From contig CADAIT010000011.1 in assembly GCA_902788095.1 (NCBI GenBank), positions 1,949 to 65,948 on the forward strand: a stretch of DNA of 64,000 nucleotides, in the 5' to 3' direction. The notes beneath the pieces were generated by a model. That model worked only from the letters and a program-made list of their open reading frames with translations. It was not told the origin of the DNA and did no database searches. Source of the DNA: an uncultured Bacteroidia bacterium. Its GTDB lineage: Bacteria; Bacteroidota; Bacteroidia; Bacteroidales; UBA932. Position 1 is the stretch's first letter. Each line of letters starts with the position of its first letter. The translations under genes and the position numbers were made by a program. Positions 57,684 through 64,000 of this stretch are shown here, piece after piece.

Positions 57684-58821
57684 ATGAAGATTGTTATAGC
57701 GCCGGATTCATTCAAGGAGTGCCTGAGCGCGCGTGAGGTGGCCCTGACGCTTGCGGATGCCATACACGTACGCTTCCCTTCGGCCGAGGTGCTGCAAATT
57801 CCCCTGGCCGACGGCGGGGAAGGCACACTGGATGTGCTGGCTGCCGCACGGGGCGCGTCCCTCATCCCTGTAACGGTACACGACCCGATGGGCCGGCCGA
57901 TAAGAGCCCTTTGGGGCCGGGCGGGTGACACCGCCGTCATCGAGGTGGCGCAGGCCTGTGGCATCCAGCTGGTGAAGCCGGAGGCGCGGAATCCGTTCAG
58001 GGCCGATACCCGCGGCGTGGGCGAACTGCTCCTGGCCGCAGGGGAAAGGGGGCTGCCGGCGTTTCGTCGTGGGCCTGGGCGGAACGGTCACCTGTGACGG
58101 AGGCCGCGGCATGCTTTCCGTCCCGGGTGTCCGGGAACTGTTGCGGGATTCGGAGGTGGAACTGCTCTGCGACGTGCAGGTGCCCTTGACCGGCCCCACC
58201 GGCGCCATCCGGCTGTTCGGCCCGCAAAAAGGTGCTTCGCCCGCCGACGTGGAAGTGTTGGAAGCGGAGATGCTGCAATGGGCCGACCGGATGCAGGCAG
58301 AGACCGGCGTGGCAGTGAAGGACCGGCCCGGGGCCGGGGCTGCCGGGGGACTGGGCGCGGCCTTCATGGCGTATTCGCATCCCGCCGTATATCCGGGCAT
58401 TCAGCGCGTGCTGGACCTGTGTCACTTTGACCAGGCCCTTGCCGGCGCCTCGCTGGTGCTCACCGGCGAAGGCCGTTCGGACCGCCAGACCCTGCAGGGG
58501 AAGGTGCCCTTGGGCGTGCTGCAGCGTGCTCAGGCATGGTTCTCCGCCACCTCCACCTTCGCCACCACCGCCTCCGGGGCCGCCACCGCCACCTCCGCCA
58601 CCTCCACCTCCGCTCCCTCCGGGGCCGTTGATGTGGCGTCTTCCCGCGGTGTGCCAGTCGTCCTGTTGTCCGGCCGCATCGACGACGCTCCGGCCCTTCA
58701 TTCCGCCGGTTTTGCCCGGCTCATCGAAGTTTCTCCCCGTGACCTTCCCCTTTCCCGGGCGCTCGACCCCGCCGTCGCCCGCCAAAATCTTCGCACCGCT
58801 GTCCGCAAGCTTCGGCCATAA
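57684..58821 (+). pseudogene. Glycerate kinase (GlxK/GarK family), +1 frameshift at G5 58048-58052 (real lesion or sequencing error)
   Basis: MKIVIAPDSFKE, PLADGGEGT in one frame; GLGG..T.DGG, FGPQKGA, GAGAAGGLG, TGEGR.D.Q...GK.P in the next. Confidence 0.8.
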
Positions 58822-58906
58822 CGCGTTTCCCGCCCTTTTTGCCATACCGAGCCGCGTTATGCGAGGCGGCGTTTTTCATGACGAGGTGATTAGGCTGGGC
58901 TATCAT

Positions 58907-59746
58907 TTATTTGTAGATATGATAAACCCGCAATGGTACTGTTCTTTGCCAAAAAACACCATCAATGAATTGATCGCAGCGCTCTTCCCCTTCCTTTTGC
59001 AAACCAAAGGGCAAATCTTTTCCACTCTCAAAATCCGTTACAACAATAGAACGACATATAGAGGGGGTCAAATGAAACGCAGGGGAATAGGGTTCATATA
59101 CACAAAGCTTCATACTTTCATGAGCGCCAATTTTCATATCCAGAAACTCTTCGGAATCAGAAAGAAGACAAATTTTGGCGTTCATATCACTCTCATTTAC
59201 AATTAAATCATATCCTATCAGTTCCCATTCTGGCATGGGTGAGTTAACAGAGTCATATGCAAAATTCTCTGCATCAGACATCGCCAAGATAGTAAAACCT
59301 ATCCATTCTTCCTGAAACAATCCCTTGATTTCAAGATGACTTTCAGAAAGACCGACAATTCTCTGGGGAAGATATCCGGAAACTTCACATTCCCAAAGTG
59401 CGGGTTCGCTTTTCCCGATACTTATCGTTGCTTTATATGCGCCTTGTTTAATCAGGAATTTGGCATTATCCTCACTAAAGTTAATATCCTCAATGTCAAC
59501 ACGAATAGATGACAACCTCCATTCAAAACAAAAGGATAACGAAAACAGTTCTGAGCTTGTCTGATTAACGGTGCAAAAGGTTCGTGATGGATACAAGTAT
59601 TCTTCGTTACCATCATTTATTACTCCTGTACTGTTGGCAATATGAAAAGTCCCGACAAGAAACTGCTCATTATTGTTTTTGACAGAGCAAGAGAAGATGC
59701 AGAATGCAAACAAAACATATATGAACCGGCGATTATTCATAACCAT
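58907..59746 (-). CDS. AT-rich hypothetical lipoprotein
   Basis: 279-aa ORF with lipobox IFSC; overlaps the stop of the upstream gene. Confidence 0.55.
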   Translation of the reverse strand: MVMNNRRFIYVLFAFCIFSCSVKNNNEQFLVGTFHIANSTGVINDGNEEYLYPSRTFCTVNQTSSELFSLSFCFEWRLSSIRVDIEDINFSEDNAKFLIKQGAYKATISIGKSEPALWECEVSGYLPQRIVGLSESHLEIKGLFQEEWIGFTILAMSDAENFAYDSVNSPMPEWELIGYDLIVNESDMNAKICLLSDSEEFLDMKIGAHESMKLCVYEPYSPAFHLTPSICRSIVVTDFESGKDLPFGLQKEGEERCDQFIDGVFWQRTVPLRVYHIYK

Positions 59747-61361
59747 AAGTTGTCATCCAGGAATAATAAACGTTAAAGTAGGAGAGCTCGGTGTCAGAGA
59801 AATTTACAAGAGCACCAAGGTCTGACATAAAGTCAGAGAATGTTAAACAGGCTCCCAACATCTTCACCATTTGCAGTGTGATTCTATCGTTTATTGAATC
59901 GTATAAATAGGAGGGATTATAGCTGTTTTGATTGAACGAATCTTTGAGATCCACGAAAATGGGTGAGTAAAAACGCGGAGTGGCTCCCGTCCAGGACTGT
60001 CTGTGTTGCCAATTAATATGAGACCATGGATTTGGTTTCACATACCCCTTGGATGTATAGTATAACTCTCCGTAATACCAACCCATGAAAGACGCAAAAG
60101 ACTCACAAAGTAAATCATTAACGTCTCCTATATTGTTATTTGTAATTGCATGCTGAACAGAATGCCCCAGTTCGTGCATGACCGAACCAATAAAATCGTT
60201 ACTTTCATAACCATTGGTGTACATCGAAATATTGGGGACAGCATTTCCATTAAAGACTCCAGAACTCGAATTGGGCATTGGCATGGAGTATATATTGATA
60301 TGACTCAAAACAGGAAAATAGGGAGCCTGCTCCATAACACGTTTAAAAAAATAATCGCCTGCTCTATATATTCTTGTCGGGTTATCCGGACTGATAGTGA
60401 AACTATGGAAGGAGTAGGGAGAAGATGTATCCCAAAGTTCCGCGATTGTCCCCAAGACAGTTACATGGGGAGATAATCCTGTGATATCCCCCGAGCAGAC
60501 AGTGAATTTTTCCTGCTGAAGATAGTATCCAATTGTCGCATCAATAGGATACCAACCCGGAAGTTGAAATGTCCCATTGACCGCCTGTATATCCTGAATC
60601 GCAGATCCGAGTTGAATTCTTAGATTAAGTTTATACGTTGTTACCGTTGACGCAAGAAACTCATCATAAAAACTGATTGATCCATATTGCCCATAATAAT
60701 AACGACGTGATGAATTTCCAGTAACTTTGTTAAACAGAAGTATCTCATCTTCAGACATTCTCCTCTCTTTCAAGCCGATTTGTTCTGGAAGATATGCTTC
60801 ATAAAGAATCACATAATTGAGTGTATCTGGAACAACTATGTCCTTCGGCCATACAACATATATATCATTAGGTGCGGAATGAACAGAAATCTCAGGCTGC
60901 TTAATACAGGATGCAAATTCCCCTTCAATTTCATACCGATTAGGAACGGAACCCGCAACAAGTAACTCATCCTGATTAGTTGATCTCCTTTTTTTAAAAG
61001 GGAGATAATCTACTTTAAGCCGAGTATCGAACTCGAGTCGACGCTGTTCTTCTGCATCATGAGGTGAAATCCTCAGTATTCTATGTGTGGCTGACAGTTG
61101 TTTCCCTCGCTCAAAAAAACCTGAAGAGGAAGTACTTCTTTCATAACAAATAGAATCATACACCCATTGGACATTTGACAACATAAAAGGATCCTCAACC
61201 CAATAATCGTCAATTTCTGCCGATTTGGTATCTTGACGACACAAAGAATAACCATCTGTCAAAGATGATGTTTGAAACCCTTTTGAACAAGATGTCTGAG
61301 TAATACCAATACAAATAATGATATTCAAATACCAAAAAGGGAAAGACATTAGATGCTCCAT
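59733..61361 (-). CDS. AT-rich hypothetical lipoprotein with a zincin motif
   Basis: 542-aa ORF; QTSC lipobox-like; MHELGHSVQH then LCESFA. Confidence 0.6.
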   Translation of the reverse strand: MEHLMSFPFWYLNIIICIGITQTSCSKGFQTSSLTDGYSLCRQDTKSAEIDDYWVEDPFMLSNVQWVYDSICYERSTSSSGFFERGKQLSATHRILRISPHDAEEQRRLEFDTRLKVDYLPFKKRRSTNQDELLVAGSVPNRYEIEGEFASCIKQPEISVHSAPNDIYVVWPKDIVVPDTLNYVILYEAYLPEQIGLKERRMSEDEILLFNKVTGNSSRRYYYGQYGSISFYDEFLASTVTTYKLNLRIQLGSAIQDIQAVNGTFQLPGWYPIDATIGYYLQQEKFTVCSGDITGLSPHVTVLGTIAELWDTSSPYSFHSFTISPDNPTRIYRAGDYFFKRVMEQAPYFPVLSHINIYSMPMPNSSSGVFNGNAVPNISMYTNGYESNDFIGSVMHELGHSVQHAITNNNIGDVNDLLCESFASFMGWYYGELYYTSKGYVKPNPWSHINWQHRQSWTGATPRFYSPIFVDLKDSFNQNSYNPSYLYDSINDRITLQMVKMLGACLTFSDFMSDLGALVNFSDTELSYFNVYYSWMTTYGYE

Positions 61362-61497
61362 AGACAGTTTTCGTTAAATATATCTGCGTCGAATATAAGA
61401 AAAATTATCAACTATAGCAAAAACTGCGTCACAAGTCTATAAAACGTTAAACCTCCACAGCATCAACTGACCAGTAGCGCCAGTTGACGGATCACTT

Positions 61498-63759
61498 CTA
61501 AAGATATTCTCGTGTGACAGAGGCGCGACAACTGCGCATACCTGCCGGAGTGCCTGCATACACCACCGTACCGCCGTTTTCACCGGCGCCGGGGCCCAGT
61601 TCCAGCACCCAGTCCGCGCTGCGAATCACGTCCATGTTGTGTTCGATTAGGTACACGGTATTGCCCCGCTCCACCAGGGAGTCAAACAATGCCAAAATAT
61701 GGCGTACGTCCTTGATGTGCAGGCCGTCCGTGGGCTCGTCAACAATAAACACCTTCCCCTGTTCACCCAGGTAGGAGGCCAGTTTGAGACGTTGCAGTTC
61801 GCCGCCGCTCAAGGTGGACAGTGCCTGATTCAGGTGCAGGTATTGCAGTCCCACGTCCACCAGTGGACGCAGTTTTTGTTCAATCACAGTCCCTTTGAAG
61901 AAGGCCGATGCCAGCCGCACGGACAAATCCATCACCTGGGCAATGTTCAGCGTCTCACCCGTGGCCGGACTGGTATAGGTGAATGCCAGGGCTTCGGGTG
62001 CGTAACGCAAGCCGCCGCAGGCCTCGCATACGGTTTCGATGGAATCCATGAAAGCCATCTCCGATACAATCACCCCCTTGCCGCCGCACACCGGGCAGGC
62101 GCCTTTCCCGTTGAAGGTGAAGTATTCCTCCTTCATCTTGTGCGCCTTGGCAAAGACCTTCCGGATGTCGCCGGCCACTTCCATGTAGGTGGCCGGGGTG
62201 GAACGGAGACTCACGCCTATTTCTTTCTGGCTGATATATACGACCTCCCCCGGGGTGGGCCAGGCCTTGCGGAAACATTCCATCAGGGAACTTTTACCGG
62301 AACCGGCCACGCCGGCCACTACGCCGAAAACGCCCAGCGGGAAGTCCACCGTCACGTTTTTCAGGTTGTGCAGGCAGGCATCGGCCACCCGGAAAGTCCC
62401 GTTTCCCGACCGCGTTGCCGACTTGAACGGAACCTGCTCCTCGATAAGCAGGCCGGTGGAAGTGCCACTCCCCAGCAGTTCCTTGTAAGCGCCCTGGAAC
62501 ACGATGTGGCCGCCGTCGATGCCGGGACCGGGGCCCATGTCCACGATATGGTCGGCAATGCGGATCATTTCCTTGTGGTGCTCCACCAGCAGGACGGTGT
62601 TGCCGGCGTCACGCAGCCGCTGCACGGAGCGTTTCATCCGTTCGATGTCGCGGTTGTGGAGGCCGACGCTCGGCTCGTCCAGGATGTACAGGACGTCCGA
62701 GAGCGAAGAATTGATGTATTTGGCGATTTTGCAGCGCTGGGCCTCGCCCCCGGAGAGCGTTCCTACCGGACGGTCCAGGCTCAGATACCCCAGGCCGATT
62801 TCCTCCAAGGCCGTGAGGCGCGCACCGATGGCCGCCTTCATGTCCACGGCCAGCGGGTCCTGCAGGCCCTGAATCCACGCATTGAGGCGCGAGATGGACA
62901 TGGCGCATGCTTCGGCAATGTTCCTGCCCTCGATTTTACAGCTTAACACCTTGGGATTCAGTCGTGTGCCGCCGCAGTCCGGACAGGTGCCCATGACCAG
63001 CATCGGATTCAGCACAGCCGCATGCAGCAGGCCCTCCTCCGAGTTGATGATGCTTCGGTACATACGCGGGATAATTCCCTCATACTTGGCGCTTTTGGGC
63101 CACCCGGCCGGCGGGTTTTTGAGCTTGATTTGGGGGCTGTTCAGGAACAGGTCCAGTTCCTCCGGCGTATAGTCCTTGATTTTTTTGTCCAGGTCGAACA
63201 GGCCGCTCCGGGCGTAGCGAATCCAGCGCCAGCCGCCCTTGCCGAACGCAATGTAGTGGATGGTGTCTTCGTCGTTCAGGCTCTTGTCAAAGTCCACCAG
63301 CTTGTGGATGTCCAGTTCGCGGATTTCCCCCAGCCCGGAGCAGCGCGGACAGCTGCCCTGCGGATGATTGAAGCTGAACGAGTCCGAATAGCCGACAAAA
63401 GGCTTGCCCACGCGGGAAAACAGCAGGCGCATGAGCGCGTAAATATCCGTATAGGTGCCCACCGTGGAGCGGGAATTCTGTCCCGGTTTTTTTTGGTCAA
63501 TCACAATGGCGACAGGCAGGCCCTCAATGCTGTCCACATGGGGCCGTCCGTATTTGGGCAGGTACTGCTGCACGAAGGTAGGGAAGGTGTCGTTGAGTTC
63601 CCGCCGGCTCTTGGCGGCAATGGTATCCAGCACCAGCGAACTTTTACCGGAACCGGAGACGCCTGTAAAAACCGTAATCTTGTGTTTGGGAATATCCAGG
63701 GAAACATCTTTGAGGTTGTTCTCCCGCGCACCCCGTATGCGGATGGTATCGGTAGTCAT
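61498..63759 (-). CDS. UvrA-like ABC ATPase (short class II / DrrC-like)
   Basis: GARENNLK, GVSGSGKSS, CxxC Zn fingers, two LSGGE signatures, DEP Walker B; about 753 aa from MTTDTIR at 63759; -7 box TATATTTG at 63764-63771. Confidence 0.88.
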   Translation of the reverse strand: MTTDTIRIRGARENNLKDVSLDIPKHKITVFTGVSGSGKSSLVLDTIAAKSRRELNDTFPTFVQQYLPKYGRPHVDSIEGLPVAIVIDQKKPGQNSRSTVGTYTDIYALMRLLFSRVGKPFVGYSDSFSFNHPQGSCPRCSGLGEIRELDIHKLVDFDKSLNDEDTIHYIAFGKGGWRWIRYARSGLFDLDKKIKDYTPEELDLFLNSPQIKLKNPPAGWPKSAKYEGIIPRMYRSIINSEEGLLHAAVLNPMLVMGTCPDCGGTRLNPKVLSCKIEGRNIAEACAMSISRLNAWIQGLQDPLAVDMKAAIGARLTALEEIGLGYLSLDRPVGTLSGGEAQRCKIAKYINSSLSDVLYILDEPSVGLHNRDIERMKRSVQRLRDAGNTVLLVEHHKEMIRIADHIVDMGPGPGIDGGHIVFQGAYKELLGSGTSTGLLIEEQVPFKSATRSGNGTFRVADACLHNLKNVTVDFPLGVFGVVAGVAGSGKSSLMECFRKAWPTPGEVVYISQKEIGVSLRSTPATYMEVAGDIRKVFAKAHKMKEEYFTFNGKGACPVCGGKGVIVSEMAFMDSIETVCEACGGLRYAPEALAFTYTSPATGETLNIAQVMDLSVRLASAFFKGTVIEQKLRPLVDVGLQYLHLNQALSTLSGGELQRLKLASYLGEQGKVFIVDEPTDGLHIKDVRHILALFDSLVERGNTVYLIEHNMDVIRSADWVLELGPGAGENGGTVVYAGTPAGMRSCRASVTREYL

Positions 63760-63805
63760 AGTACAAATATACGGCCTCTCCGCCACTTTTGCAAATCCGC
63801 CCTTA

Positions 63806-63966
63806 GCCACCGCGCCATCATTTCGGGCCGATTTTGCCGGTCCCCTGGCTCGGCCATGCCACGTCGCCGTCATTTGGGGCCGATTTTGCCGGGCCCCTGG
63901 CTCGGCCATGCCACATCGCCGTCATTTCGGGCCGATTTTGCCGGGCCCCTGGCTCAGGCCAGCCAC
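63806..63966 (+). repeat. 52-bp tandem intergenic repeat, 3 units plus a partial unit
   Basis: GCCAC starts at 63806, 63858, 63910, 63962; unit GCCAC.TCGCCGTCATTT.GGGCCGATTTTGCCGGGCCCCTGGCTCGGCCAT. Confidence 0.9.
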
Positions 63967-64000
63967 CCGGCCGGCGTTTCGGGGAAAAATGCAGGACACC

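Noticed and set aside
58427-59206. ORF containing extensin-like SPPPPPSPPPPP
   Set aside because: Frame-shifted reading of the NCC triplet insert within glycerate kinase; the remainder overlaps other genes and looks non-coding, so the resemblance is most likely coincidental
63760-63909. N-terminal extension of the UvrA-like ORF (likewise 9675-9770 and 25479-25505)
   Set aside because: The extensions run through promoter boxes or repeats; downstream ATGs give the conserved N-termini or signal peptides

Overview
High-GC Bacteroidota (Bacteroidales-like) chromosomal segment; the assignment rests on SusC/SusD pairs, TAnnTTTG promoters and lipoprotein signals. Left flank: polyprenyl synthetase and a MacAB/FtsX-TolC-type export operon. 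The core (about 6.8-55.9 kb) is one large glycoprotein utilisation locus. It holds two SusC/SusD modules, a sensor-AraC regulator that lacks the phosphorelay, two beta-L-arabinofuranosidases (GH127 and GH146-like), GH51, GH27, five HExxH gluzincin lipoproteins, M61, S9, M24B and Pro-Pro-endopeptidase-like peptidases, P5C dehydrogenase and the glycyl-radical trans-4-hydroxyproline dehydratase HypD. This set matches the chemistry of plant extensins/hydroxyproline-rich glycoproteins (Hyp-beta-arabinosides, Ser-alpha-Gal, Hyp-rich backbone); the substrate is inferred, not shown. Five promoters in the locus share a TTGGAC-N15-TTGGAC direct repeat exactly 31 nt upstream of the -7 box. Both susC genes carry a G9 tract (one out of frame, one in frame), and one SusC is fused to an OmpA-like domain. 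Right flank: radical SAM/SPASM plus YG-motif lipoprotein pair, frameshifted glycerate kinase, AT-rich lipoprotein island and a UvrA-like ATPase. A 52-bp intergenic repeat family occurs at four sites. No rRNA, tRNA, CRISPR or transposase was recognised. Family calls come from motif recognition, not database searches.
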